DNA of 63,892 bases, filler included. It is 9 parts of 9 records of this genome, joined end to end, with 100 filler letters (N's around TTAATTAATTAA, not from the genome) between each part and the next. Parts side by side here need not be neighbours in the genome. Positions count along the whole stretch, not along the records: positions 44,260 to 48,350 come from SRR7504441_2671; positions 48,451 to 54,436 come from SRR7504441_2674; positions 54,537 to 59,548 come from SRR7504441_2676; 6 more parts are not named here. One strand, given 5' to 3'. This document shows positions 46,481 to 58,056 of the stretch, one piece after another. The position numbers were made by a program, and so were the translations under genes. Each line of letters opens with the position of its first letter. Position 1 is the first letter of the stretch. Below the pieces are notes generated by a model, which ran no database searches, was not told the DNA's origin, and saw nothing but the letters and a program-made list of their open reading frames with translations.

Positions 46481-48350
46481 TTAACATAAGCTCCTCCATT
46501 TAGCGGAGCACATGGAGCTGGTCGCACATTCTGCAGCCACCGGCTCTGCTTCAGCACCACCGGTCCGTTGCCGCCGGGGATGAGACACCCGCAGAGCGTT
46601 CCCCATGAACCAAGACCTCCTCTCTCTCTTGCAGTTCCTCATATATACATCAAGATCGAACCCGACGCTACCCGCATCGTCATCCATGTCGGACTCCGGC
46701 TCTGGTGCCGACTGGAACTCTTCAGCGTTAGGATCCATCACCCGGCGCAACTGAAGCCCGTTATCCAAGTGCGATGGCAGCCCGTACGCATCCCACGGCC
46801 CCGGCTGGCGATACATGCAGCCTCCAGGGCACCGACACTTGCCGCCGAGAAAGTCAGGGATGTTCTCAGGGGGGATCAGCTTAGTGAGCGCCGGCAGGAA
46901 GTCGCTGCCGAGGATGTTGATCTTCTTGATCGTGTTAGGGTCCACAAAAGGCTTGAGCAGTCTCCAGCACATCTGCCAATAAGGTCAGGAATCACCGCAG
47001 CGACACGCGTTACTGTGAACAGCCCGGGACAATTGACTAGGAACATGGCGTGCAGCTGCTCAGGGTAGTTATTCGCGCACTCCTGAATCATCGTCTGCAC
47101 TATCTTCCTAGCCTCAGAATCGAGCACCAGCGATGACGAGATCTGCCCGCATCTGCTCAGCGCTGCAGCCGCCAAGCTGCGCACCCCTTTCAGGTCTAGA
47201 ACGGAGACTATCTTGGTGATCCGATGGCTCGGACGGCTGCAGCTCGGCATGCGATACCTGACCCGCACAGTGACACACACCGGCCAGACGAGGCACATTT
47301 CGCGCGCTTCGAGCTGCTGATAGTAAAACTTCATAAAATGCGCAAACCCGATCCGCTTGAGCCTGCTGAAATCGACCATCCCGACGCATTCAAAGTACAC
47401 CGGGTGCCCGCAACGGTCCGTCTTGTGGTACCCGAGCGGGTAGGCTTTTAGGATAGTCCCCAGCCCCTCGCACTCCTGCGGCCCTGGCTCGACCCGCAAC
47501 AGGCGGCCGGGCACCCAATCGAGGATCCTATCCGCGTCAATGCTCGCCCTCCAGCTGAGCATCTGGATGAACGCGTCCAGCGCCAGCTCGGCCCTGCCCT
47601 GTCGCGACCTAAGCCAACGGAGCATCAGCCTTCGGTCGAGTCCTACAGGCCCCAGCCGCTCAAAGTGCTGCTCCACCGCCCCCATCATCTCAGCCAGCCC
47701 TGTCCGCTCCTCCGGGCTCATCTCGGCCTCAAGCGCCGCCGCCTCCGGATCAGGCGCAGTGTGCAGCATCGCACACAAGTACGCTCTAGGGCTGTCTCCC
47801 TGCACCCAGCGGCTCAGCCGGCCGGCCAGCGCTGCCGAGCACCGCCACAAACGTCAAGGTGACCGGCCGAACGGCCTGAGTGATCGCCTGGATGCATTCG
47901 TCGAACGGGACCCGGATCATCTTCCGGCCGCCCAGATCGGCCAGGCACATCCCCAACCGGACTCCAAGCTTGGCCGAGACCAGCCCGCGCACCACCGCCC
48001 CGTGGCTCCCACCGAGCTTGGCGAGCGGCCCGAACTGAATCCCCAACGGTCCAGGCTCCCGGAACTCTATCGTCAGCCCGTCCGGCCTCCGCTCCAGGAC
48101 CACCGGGGCCGCCGCCGCCGCCGGACTGGCCCGTCCAAACACGCAGGTGAGCGGGCGACCGGCGGACCGGAGCTGCTGGACCACCGCGGCGAGCGGGGCG
48201 TCGGTGAGGTCGACGCCCTGCACCGTGAGCAGTCGCATTCCGGTGAGATCCACCCCCTCGGGCGCGCAGTCGGCCACCGCGGCCCCGCCGCCGGCCAGCC
48301 CCTCGAGCTGGATCCCGAGCTGGCCGTGGTCGTGCCAGGTGACCGAACAG
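46481..48350 (-). CDS. Sec14/CRAL-TRIO lipid-binding protein with two N-terminal PDZ-like domains (5' truncated)
   Basis: PDZ-like GQLGIQL...VVQQLRSAGRPLTCVF and PGPLGIQF...IQAITQAVRPVTLTF; CRAL-TRIO MLRWLRSR, YPLGYHKTDRCGHPVYFE, VLDLKG, NYPEQLHAMFLVNCP, KPFVDPNTIKKINILG, IPPENIPDFLGGKC. Confidence 0.85.
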
Positions 48351-48450
48351 NNNNNNNNNNNNNNNNNNNNNNNNNNNNNNNNNNNNNNNNNNNNTTAATT
48401 AATTAANNNNNNNNNNNNNNNNNNNNNNNNNNNNNNNNNNNNNNNNNNNN
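48351..48450. other. Artificial contig spacer
   Basis: 44 N + TTAATTAATTAA + 44 N. Confidence 0.98.
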
Positions 48451-48780
48451 ATGGTTGTCTGTGTGCAGTTCCGAACGCAACCAACCATGGTCTTCTCAAT
48501 GATCAAATACCAGGCGGGATATGCCCCCAAGTGCATCGAGTTTGCCGGCGACATGGACAACAATCGGGATCGCGCTCATTGGGAGGCCAATATCCTCATG
48601 GATCAGCCAACGGGGACCCACCCGAGTCAGGTCCAAGACCTAATGCGTAACGCATCTGCGGCCGTCAAGAACGGGCTGAGCTGCCAAGCGGCTGGGTACC
48701 ACACCCCAGGGAATTTCATTGCGCATGCGCTCGGTAAGACGTTCACCAAGGCTACTGGGCCCGGATCCTGGCAAGCATAA
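48451..48780 (+). CDS. 3' end of an unknown protein (5' truncated)
   Basis: Open frame from the contig edge to TAA at 48780, followed by TTAATTAA at 48805. Confidence 0.45.
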   Translation: MVVCVQFRTQPTMVFSMIKYQAGYAPKCIEFAGDMDNNRDRAHWEANILMDQPTGTHPSQVQDLMRNASAAVKNGLSCQAAGYHTPGNFIAHALGKTFTKATGPGSWQA

Positions 48781-48982
48781 GCAGCTACGGGTTTTGATCA
48801 ATGTTTAATTAATACAAGCTGTAACTAATCTTGCGAGGGTGCGCCATCATGAGGGTTTGAATGGCCCAATGTATATGATAATAATGACACTTGTAGCTAA
48901 ATACTTTAGTACCATAGTAGCCCACGTATAGCCCACGTACTCGTACTCGTACCGTACATATATACGAATGAATCATGTAGCA

Positions 48983-50119
48983 CTACCATTTGGAGACGCG
49001 CACCACAAACGCCTCGACCACAGCATCTGAAGCACACGCCCAGGCCACAAACGTGTCGTTCCCGAGAGGCATCAGTCCGTTGGTGGCTCCAATCATTGGC
49101 ACTCCGCCCTCCTCGACCGCCTGTGTCCAATTCCACTCCGGAGGCGTCTGCAGCTCCCACGGCATCGTAGGCACCACCAACGGCTCACCGCCCCGCTGCA
49201 GCAGCTGTCGCGGATTAGTTCCATTCAATACCACCCACCCGGCCGCCCAGCCGTGCCGCTCCTGGCCAATGATGGTATCGTAAGTCGTGAAATAGTTACC
49301 ATCAGACAACATAACCGGAGGCGCGCCGGCCTCGCAATAGCCCGGGTCAAACTCCCCCGGCCGGCCCTTGATGGCCACCTCCGGCTGAGTCCAGTGAAGC
49401 AAGTCGTTGGACTGCCACGAGAGGACAGTGCCAGTCCCGGTGAACTGATAGTGCGGTGGCGATTCCCGCACAAGGGTGGCCGTTGACTTCGCGTCAAATC
49501 CCTGATCTCCGGTCCGGTTGAGCCGCTCCCACGAGGCCTCGACCTCCGGCGTCTTGCTCGCGGCAACCTTTGTCTTGACCAGTCCGCAGCACCGAGCGCA
49601 GCTCTGCCGGTCCCAGCACGCGGTGGCGTTGCAAGCGGTGCTGCCGCCATATGCCGTATACGCCAGCAGGTAAACCCCGGTGCGCCGATCGACTGTAATC
49701 CGCGGGTCCTGCACCCCGCACTGCTCGTCCGCTCCGACCGGCCGCAGGATGATCTTGTCCATGCTGTTCCTGTCGAATTGCGCCTGAAGGTCTCTGACGT
49801 CCACCGCAGCACCGGCTCGGCGGGTCACCAGCGTGATCAGGTCCGGATTGCCCGGGCTCGAGCACAGGGTGTAATTCAGGCAGCTCCGGATGGCCAGAGC
49901 GTCCCGCCCGTCCAGCAGCCGGACGTAACTCGGCCCGAAGTTGTACGCGAAGTCTGTGGTTTCGGGCCGGTGGACAGAGTCGTACAGCACGTTCATCCCG
50001 CCGGGCCCGGCCCGGGACACCTCCACCGTGTAGAGGCCCGTCGCCGACCAGAGCACCGCCTGCACGGCCAGCGCGCGCAACTGCCACCCGTTCAGTCCCA
50101 CCGCTTGCACCCCCGACAT
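48983..50119 (-). CDS. GH130-like five-bladed beta-propeller glycosidase/phosphorylase, intronless, probable signal peptide
   Basis: CGVQDPRIT...YLLAYTAY, WQSNDLLHW, FDPGYCEAGAPPVMLSDGNY, VLNGTNPRQLLQRGGEPLVVPTMPWE. Confidence 0.72.
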   Translation of the reverse strand: MSGVQAVGLNGWQLRALAVQAVLWSATGLYTVEVSRAGPGGMNVLYDSVHRPETTDFAYNFGPSYVRLLDGRDALAIRSCLNYTLCSSPGNPDLITLVTRRAGAAVDVRDLQAQFDRNSMDKIILRPVGADEQCGVQDPRITVDRRTGVYLLAYTAYGGSTACNATACWDRQSCARCCGLVKTKVAASKTPEVEASWERLNRTGDQGFDAKSTATLVRESPPHYQFTGTGTVLSWQSNDLLHWTQPEVAIKGRPGEFDPGYCEAGAPPVMLSDGNYFTTYDTIIGQERHGWAAGWVVLNGTNPRQLLQRGGEPLVVPTMPWELQTPPEWNWTQAVEEGGVPMIGATNGLMPLGNDTFVAWACASDAVVEAFVVRVSKW

Positions 50120-50189
50120 CGCGTTGTTCCGTTACTGGCCTGCAGCAAGGGCAGAGACGCGTGCCGTGTGTCCGCTGCCCTCGGGGTTG

Positions 50190-52636
50190 ATGGCGGAGGG
50201 CGCTTACTCGGTCTGGCAGAGGGGCGTCGTTGGGGTTCGATTGCGGCCGGTCAATCGCTTCGACCTTCGTTGGTGCCCCGACGACCAAGCTGCCACCGCT
50301 GTCAGCTACGACGAGTCCAAGTCTGCGGTCCGCGTCCAGGACAGGAGCGTGCCTTGTCACCCCGCGCTCTGGTTCGACGAGTGCAACGCGCACCCAGAGA
50401 TCAAGCTGGGCGCCGAGGGGCAGCGCGCGATCTATGCCCGGCTGGCAGCGCCGGTCGTCGAGCGGGTGATCCGGGGCCAGGGCGCGGGGGTGGTGCTCGC
50501 CTACGGCCAGACCGGCGCCGGCAAGACCTACACCATCCGGAACCAGGATGAACAATGCCTCGGGGTGCTCCCACGTGCACTTGAGCACGTGTTCGGGTCT
50601 GTGGCCCCCGGGACGGAGGTGGGGCTGAGTGTGCTCCAAATATACCAGCAGCAGCTCGAGGACCTGCTCCGCCCGGGCGGCTGCCGTGCGGACGGGCTAA
50701 AGCTGCGGGCTCTCGCGACGCGCGCGCAAGGCTACTGTGTGGAGGGGCTATCCGAGGAGCGGATCCGGAGCGCAGCCGAGGGGATGGCGGCCGTGGACCG
50801 CGCGATTCAGAACAGCCAGCGCGCCGCGACAGAGATGGGCAGGGCCAGCGCGAGGCTGCACACTCTGTTCGTGCTTGGGATCGGCCCGCCCGGCGGTCCG
50901 CGCACAGAGCTCACAATAGTCGATCTGGCGGGCTCGGAGCGCGATCATCGAAGGCCTGTGGCTGAGCATAGGTTGACGGCCAGCTTTAACCGCTCTCTCC
51001 ATGCTCTGGCTCTTTGCGCCCGGGCAGCTGCAGACCCTCGATCCAGGTTCATACCGGTAAGAGACAGCCGGCTGACCCAGCTGCTGGCACCCATCTTTCA
51101 CGGCAGGGGCTCGATCGCAGTTATTGCGAATCTAATACCGACAGTGCGTTGCTGGGAGGAGTCACTGAGCACCCTCGGGGCCGTCAGGACGTTCAATGCA
51201 CTCCGATCGAATCCAGAGTGGACCGACATGCTCCACAAGGACTGGCCACCGGAGTTCAGGGCCAGGGCATGTGCCGTCATAATCTCGACTCGTGTTGTCT
51301 TGCCTGTCTTCTTGTTTGAACTTGTCGTTCAAGCTCTAAATCATCATTTCGAATGAGTCATATACGTTTTACCATGGTTGATCAATTGCGTTACTCATTC
51401 ACAATCGCCCCCAGCTGGCACCTACTGATGCCGGTCACGGTCCGGCCGCACAATGCTGTATTACAGTACGACCGGCCGCGCCTGCCTGCCGTTATGGTGG
51501 CAGTTTCGCTGTGCGGCATGTGGACGCCTCGGCCGGTGTTGAGCCCTCGGCCGCCGGTGTTCGACGTGCGGGCTGGGCTGGAGCGAGCCAGAGACCAGGC
51601 CGCCTGGGAGGCCAGCCAAGAGCAGCGCTCGGCCACCATGATCCGCAGCCGGCTGAACCCGCACACCCAAGACCAGCTGCGCGCTGAGCTGATGCGCCGG
51701 CAGCTGAACGAGCGGGTGAGCGCTCAGGTGCAGGAGAACATCCGGACTGGGCTGGGCGGTGCGCCATCGGACCACCACAGCGCCGGCCAGCGTGCGGTGG
51801 ACGATGCCGTGGAGCGGGCGGTGGACGATGCGCAGGGTCCGCAGACCAGCCGATTAGCCCTGGAGGAAATGACCGTGGAGCCATCCGCTGCCGGGGACGC
51901 GCCCACGCCGCGCGACGACACAGTCCTGTACAGCCGGCCAGCTGGCGCCCGGCCCCGCGTAGAGCCGTTGGACCTGCGGCCCGCCTTGCCGTGGGGCGGC
52001 ACAGAACTAGACGTGCCCATATCGGCTGTGTACGACGATATCATTCAGGCGGAGGTCCGGCTGCAGAACGCCGAGCAACAGTGGCGCCGGGCGCAGGACG
52101 CTTGGCGGATGGAGCGTACGGAGCTCAAATCGCTGCTGAGCAGCGCTGAGGAGCAGAATTCGTCTCTGCGGCTGTCTCTCGAGTGCCTGGATCCGCAAAT
52201 GGCACGGGCTGGGATAGATAGCGTGGGTCAGGCGCACGCGATGAAGCTGCAGATCGAGGCGCTCAATCAGCAGCTCGAGAGGGCATCTCAGGATAGAGAG
52301 CAGCTCCAGGAGGAATGCTCTCAACTCAGCCAGCAGCAGCACGATATGGCCAACCAGCTGTCCGAGGCCAACCGCGAGGCACTGGCAACTAAATCCCGGC
52401 TTTATGCGTCCGAGGAGCGATGGGGCGAGGAGAGAGCCAACCTGGCGGGCGCGCTGCTGACTGCCAGGAGCGCGGCTTCCGGCCCGCCCTCAGCTAGATC
52501 GATGCAGGTTGAGCCGCAGCTGGGAGCGGAGCGGTCGGTCTCGGAGGACCCGAGGCCACGGATGCTGCTGCCTGCGATGCCGGGTCCCGAGAAGGCGGAT
52601 GTGCTGGCAAGTTGGCTGCAACGGAGGTCACTCTAG
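50190..52636 (+). CDS. Divergent kinesin motor-domain protein with C-terminal coiled coil; probable GC-AG intron 51267-51466
   Basis: VRLRP, P-loop LAYGQTGAGKTYT, LQIYQQQLEDLL, VEGLS, VDLAGSER, IPVRDSRLTQLL, EESLSTL; a 200-nt intron joins ORF 51353-52636 in frame. Confidence 0.82.
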
Positions 52637-52942
52637 ATAAGGCGATATGGATACGTAGTACATCAGTAGGTGCCACGGTGCCAGCTGTGAGTAAAGCAAT
52701 TGAATAACCGTGTTGCAACGTAGTTTTAAACGAATCGTTCGTAAGCGGTCTCGAAGAGTAACTTGTCATTTAAACGATTTACATTTCTCTCCTACTCTAC
52801 ATGACCAACTAAGCTTACATGTACAATCATGATTGTGTAGGTTCTCTCGAGCGCTGTCACGCAATCAAGCGCTTGCGCCATTTTTATACAAGTGGAGATT
52901 ATAAATGCACTGCAAAATTAAAATTAACCCGGTCATTTGTTG

Positions 52943-54154
52943 CTAGCTCACACTGGATCGCAAAGCCTCGGCCTCGCAGTCGTCGTCCAGCTGGTCGTCC
53001 AGCTGGCTGTGCTCGGGCTCCGGCACCTCCGAGAACTCCGGCGACTTGTCAGCCAAAACCGACGGGCACAGACACTCGGCCAGGCCGTTCACCAGCAGGA
53101 AGCCGGCGAGGACCAGCAGCGAGCCCGAGATGAGCATCGCGTCCGGCCGAATCCCCTTCCACACTACATCGTACACAAAAGCCATCGGCACCGTGAGTGA
53201 AAGCCCTACAGTGGCCTGTACCAGAAGTCAGCCAGCCAGCGGACGGGCTGGCACCACTGTAGCTGAGGTGAACAGCACGGCCTTGCCCCACAGGTAGTCG
53301 GAGAGCACGTTATCAAACAGTCCCTTGAACACGAGCGCCAGCAGCACCAGCCCTGTGAGCCCCTCCAAAGACACCACGCCCGTCAGCATCCCAAGCCCCA
53401 AAAGCGGGGTCGCAATCACAAAATTGAACAGCCCCAGATACCCGAACACCAACGGCATCGCCAGCCGCTCCTCGCACCCGTCCGGCGTGCTCAGACGGAG
53501 CGTCATAGTGTAGAGCGCATACCCCACTGCTGACCCGAGCGCCAGAAGGTCCCCCAGCACCCAGCGGGCCCCTGGCTGGCTCGGCTGGTCGCCCTGACTG
53601 GTGCTGTCGTCCAGCGTGACCAGCACCGACCCGGCCAGGCAGAGTAAAACCCCGACCAGCCGGGCCCAGCTAAACTGCTCAGCCCCGCAGAGCACCGCGG
53701 CCCCGAAGGTGAACAGGCTGGAGGTGTTGGACAGTATGGTGGACGAGGTGACTGTTGTGAACGACAGCGAGTAGTTGTAGCTGCCGTTGGCCAGCAGCCA
53801 CAGCGGGGCCATCCTGAGGCCAATGTGCGCCAGCGTCGAGTGCGGCGGGCTGTCCTCCGACTCGCCCGGGCCAGCGCTCGGCTCCGGGGAGACGGCTGCC
53901 CCGCCGCAGAGGGCCGCGCGCAGGCAGCCGGACCGGTGCGGGTGGCAGACCGGGTTGCGGACGAGGCCGAGCGCGGCGGCAGCGTGCCAGCCCGGGAGGT
54001 AGACTACGAAGAGTGAGTTGGCCACGTAGGTGAGGACAAACGGCTGGTCGAAGTGCAGGGCGTGGAAGATGTACTGGACTAGGATCGAGCTGAATGTCCA
54101 GATGAACGCCACCGCCACGATGCAGATGCAGCCCAGCAGCCAGCGCCGCTCCAT
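52943..54154 (-). CDS. SLC35F5-like EamA/DMT family transporter; one short intron
   Basis: FDQPFVLTYVANSLFVVYL, PLWLLANGSYNYSLSFTTVTSSTILSNTSSLFT, GDLLALGSAVGYALY, FGYLGLFN, NVLSDYLWGKAVLFTSATV. Confidence 0.88.
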
Positions 54155-54436
54155 CTCGTCTGCTGCCGTGCCGTTTTAACGGAATCGATTCTCTTTGGCG
54201 TCTCCGGGCTTGAAGCCGACGACCACGGCGACGCGGTCGAACAAGGCTCTTGCAAAGGTGACGGGGCCCGGGGCGGCTAGGGGCGTGCGCCTAGCGTGTG
54301 TGGGCTGTGTGTACAGGGCCCGAACAGTGGGGTAAGCATCGCGCACGGCCTTGAAGCCGCTGGGTTTCCCGCCGGCGTCATCATGGTCGAACACGTGGCT
54401 ACCGCCACCGGTGCCACCAGCCGGGCCCGCCTTGCA

Positions 54437-54536
54437 NNNNNNNNNNNNNNNNNNNNNNNNNNNNNNNNNNNNNNNNNNNNTTAATTAATTAANNNNNNNN
54501 NNNNNNNNNNNNNNNNNNNNNNNNNNNNNNNNNNNN
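54437..54536. other. Artificial contig spacer
   Basis: 44 N + TTAATTAATTAA + 44 N. Confidence 0.98.
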
Positions 54537-55995
54537 GGGCTCGATCCTGTCCCGGGTGGAGCCGAGCGGGTTTCTGCCTACCAGCGTCTCGGGCGGGTAT
54601 GGCGGAATTACCTCGGAATTCGTCCGGGACGGCGCCGGGATGATCATCGGGATGCTCGAGCTGGGGCCGCCGGCCTGGCCGGTTGCGCGGAGTGCGATGA
54701 GGTTCATGCTGGCCGGTCTGCAGTGCACACAAAACGCCGAGGTCAAACCCGGGTGCGCAGTCGGGCTCAACATGACCGAGCATCCCCCTGAGGTGCTCCG
54801 AGGCGACTGCAACGAGTCGGCACGCGCGGCAGGCCGGTGCAAGTACAGCACGCAGATTGTTGGTGCCGACCCGAATGAGGAGACTGACGGTGCGTTCTAT
54901 GTGATCTCGGCCTGGGGAAGGGTAGTCGCCGTCACAGGCGACACTTCCATCGAACGTGATTTCTTCGGCACGCTCAAGACATATCTCGACTTCTATTTGC
55001 CACCGGGCGCATCGTCGGTTTCGTCTAGTGGAACAGATTACTGGAATGCGAGCCTCGGATTGCTGTGGACACCTAATCTGGAGCACTCGCGACTCACGCG
55101 GATGTGGTCTGCTTACGACAGCCTGACTAACTCATTCGCCGTCGAGGCCATTCGCTACATGCTCGCAGCGGCAGCGCGGCAGGGCGTCACTGAACCGGTG
55201 CAGCGGTGGACTCGTTACAGGGATGCGATTATCCGCGGGCTCGACACCTCGCTCGCTTACTCTGGTGTCGAGACTGGCCAACAGTTGATCTATGCCGAGC
55301 TGCGCGGACATGTCAATGGATTTGGACCGGATTCTAACCGACAAATCTGGCGGCTGGGCGATCCGGCCCCGTTGCTGTTTGGTATGTCGTGGGTGCAGCT
55401 AGCGCCAATCAACAACCTCCTCAGCAACCTATCCAGCGCCGGCGGCCCCGCCGCACTCACGCCTGTGAACCAGCTGGGGGTGTCCCCAGATCGGATCGAC
55501 GCTACATTTGCAACTTACGCTCGGAGCGGCAGCTTCCTCTGGCTGAATCAAGACCCAGAGCTGTCAGCGCTCGTGCAAACTACTCACGTCAATTCGTCAC
55601 GGCTGCGCGCACCACCGTTCGGCACAGAGCCCTCGGGCAGCTGGTGTGAGGCTGTGTCGTGGCCGTTCGGTGGGAGCTGCCCGGTTGGTTGTCCGTGCCC
55701 GTGCCTGGCTGTGATAGGCAAAGGCCTTGGCTGGGAGGTGGGTTGGATGGCCCACCGGAACCAATGGACCCGGCTGATTGGGCTGCACCGCTGGCTCGGA
55801 GCGGCCCATCACGTGGAGAAGCAGCCGCTCTATGGCGAGAACCTGGACTACCAGTGCATCAAGGCGCTTGAGGGCAACCGCACTGCGTCGCCCAGCAACG
55901 GACGGTGCTGGGGGGACCCTGGAAATGGCGTCCAGATTGGATGGTTTGTGTGGGGCCAAGCATTCATGCGACGCAAGCTCGGGCTGCTGCCGTGA
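54537..55995 (+). CDS. Putative six-hairpin (alpha/alpha barrel) glycosidase-like protein, intronless here, 5' truncated
   Basis: Open frame of about 485 codons; YGGITSEFVRDG and EETDGAFYVISAW resemble the WxRD and E/QxDG motifs of GH15-like folds. Confidence 0.5.
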
Positions 55996-56308
55996 ATCCG
56001 AACAGATCATGGATTGTACGAACCCTGGCCATGCATGAGACGTATGCAAGGCCTACCTAGTACATGTAGGCTTCGTAGGTCTCTAAATAATTATACTGGT
56101 GTACGTAAGTCGTGAACAATTACTAAACAATTACATAAATGAGAATGATGAACCCATGCAGCCACCGTGACACCAAATGGCCGGACTTCAAAATTAATGT
56201 CACGCGTGTAATTGTGCGTTTTAATTTGTGTCAAGAAGTCCTAGTAGTACCGTACTGATAAGTACTTACCTGTACGAGTAGTTGTAGTCCGCCTCCGGTA
56301 CCCTGGCA

Positions 56309-57964
56309 TCAAAGCAGCCATTGCTCCGCCTCTAAGCTAGCACTCCCGAGACGATGTTGAAGCTCGTCCCGAAGACCCTGCACCTCCACTTCCGCCAGCC
56401 GCTCGGCCGCCATGGCTCGTTCATGGCTCGCTAGGCTCAACCCGTCGGCTGGGCGCCTGGCGTGCGCAGCTTCGAGCCCTCGCCATATCCGTTGAACCTT
56501 GGCCTGCGCCGCGCCTGCCTCCTGTTCCACCCGTCGCACTCGGGCCTGTGAGTCGGCCAGCTCGCACTCAAGCTTTTTAATTCTTGCCTGCGCCGCCTTC
56601 CAACAAGCCGTAGTGGCCAGCAGCCTGCCCTCACTCTCGAGGGGACTGCAGGCGTCATCCTCGTCGTCCACGTACCCCCCGTATTTCACCCGCCACTGCT
56701 TTGCGCTGAGCTTGCCAGTGTTCTCTGCAGTGTCCCGGGGAGCACTGAACCCCTCCGAATCGTCCGTTGCCCCCACGGCCTCCCAGTCTGAAGACGGTGT
56801 GTGCTCCTCCAAGAGCATCGCGGCCTCACATGCCATCGCCATCGCCCGCCGCGCCTCCACAACCCGCTCGCGCCACAGCTTTACTTGCTCCGGTGTGTTA
56901 GCTTGCTTGAAATGCCGGTACGCTGCGGCTAGCTCGGCCCGCCTATGCTCTTCAACTCGGCTCACTGCTTGCAGCACAGCCGACGCCATCCTACCCCGCT
57001 CCCACCCCGCCTCCCCGCCAGCAGCACTCGATGTGCCAGTGAGTGCTGTTTCAGCAGCGGTGGCCGCCGTAGCCTGAACCGCAGCCGCAGCAAATGCCGG
57101 CCGAGGACTGCCAGCGAAGGGTGCAGATCGGGGCGTTGCAAACGGCGTTGAGCCGCGATCTGTCGGCGGGCTCGGCAGCGCTTGATCCGGCGCTGGACGG
57201 ATAATAATCGCGCACAGCTTGGAGGCCAGCTCGGCGTTCGTAGCCTCGGCCGCCCGGAGCACTCGCCGCATCTGGCCCAGCCGGGCGTTGCCGGCGTCCT
57301 GGGCTCGCTCGGCCGCCCGCAAGTCCATTTCCATCTGGAGCATGCTCGCCTGCGCCTCGCGCGCCGCCGCCAGCTCGGTCTGTGCCTCGCGCAACTCGCA
57401 TGCCTGGTTGAGCAGCACCCCCCGCAGGCTCTCCGCCGTCCCGTCCGCCGCCTCCAGTGACAGTTCCAGCTCGGCCATCCTCGCATCGCGCGCCTCCAGG
57501 CCCGCCGCTTGCTCCGCCAGCTGCTCCCGCGCCCTCGCCAGCTCGCGCTCCGACTGGCCCCGCGCCGCAATCGCCGCGTCGAGCTCCCGCTCGAGCCGGC
57601 AGAGCTGCACCCGGGTCTCGCCCGCCACCCGCCCGCTCTCCAGCACCCGACCCTGCGCCGCCGCCTCGGCCGCCTCGAGGGCGCCCAGGTAGCCTGGATC
57701 TGACTCAGACTGGTTGGCCATGGCCCGGAGCGCCGCCCGAGCCTCGGCCAGCTCGTTGCCCTGCACCAGCAGCCGGGCCTGGGCCTGGGCCTCGGCCGCC
57801 TGCAGGAAGCCTTCCATCTCGGCCATCCGGGCCCGCACTGCCTCCCCAGCAACCAGCTCCCGCTCCCGCTGAGCTAGCGCCTGGCGGGTCGCCTCGAGCT
57901 CGGCCTCCAGCTCGGCCTCCGGCCCAGCCCTGCCCGCCAGTTGGGACAGGCTCAGCCCCCGCAT
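56309..57964 (-). CDS. Hypothetical long coiled-coil protein
   Basis: ATG 57964; A/E/R/L-rich heptads (EAELEAELEATRQALAQRERE) with a central Pro/Ser linker. Confidence 0.6.
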   Translation of the reverse strand: MRGLSLSQLAGRAGPEAELEAELEATRQALAQRERELVAGEAVRARMAEMEGFLQAAEAQAQARLLVQGNELAEARAALRAMANQSESDPGYLGALEAAEAAAQGRVLESGRVAGETRVQLCRLERELDAAIAARGQSERELARAREQLAEQAAGLEARDARMAELELSLEAADGTAESLRGVLLNQACELREAQTELAAAREAQASMLQMEMDLRAAERAQDAGNARLGQMRRVLRAAEATNAELASKLCAIIIRPAPDQALPSPPTDRGSTPFATPRSAPFAGSPRPAFAAAAVQATAATAAETALTGTSSAAGGEAGWERGRMASAVLQAVSRVEEHRRAELAAAYRHFKQANTPEQVKLWRERVVEARRAMAMACEAAMLLEEHTPSSDWEAVGATDDSEGFSAPRDTAENTGKLSAKQWRVKYGGYVDDEDDACSPLESEGRLLATTACWKAAQARIKKLECELADSQARVRRVEQEAGAAQAKVQRIWRGLEAAHARRPADGLSLASHERAMAAERLAEVEVQGLRDELQHRLGSASLEAEQWLL

Positions 57965-58056
57965 CCCCCAACCGCCCACCCCGTGCACGTGAAAATTTTG
58001 GGAAATTCTTTTGGTTTGCAAACGGCCGGCCTGATCTCCTCGACGGACGCGCCGCA

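Noticed and set aside
54176-54436. 72-aa minus-strand ORF, or alternatively a plus-strand gene start at the contig end
   Set aside because: No recognisable motif, and the strand cannot be decided from the truncated sequence.
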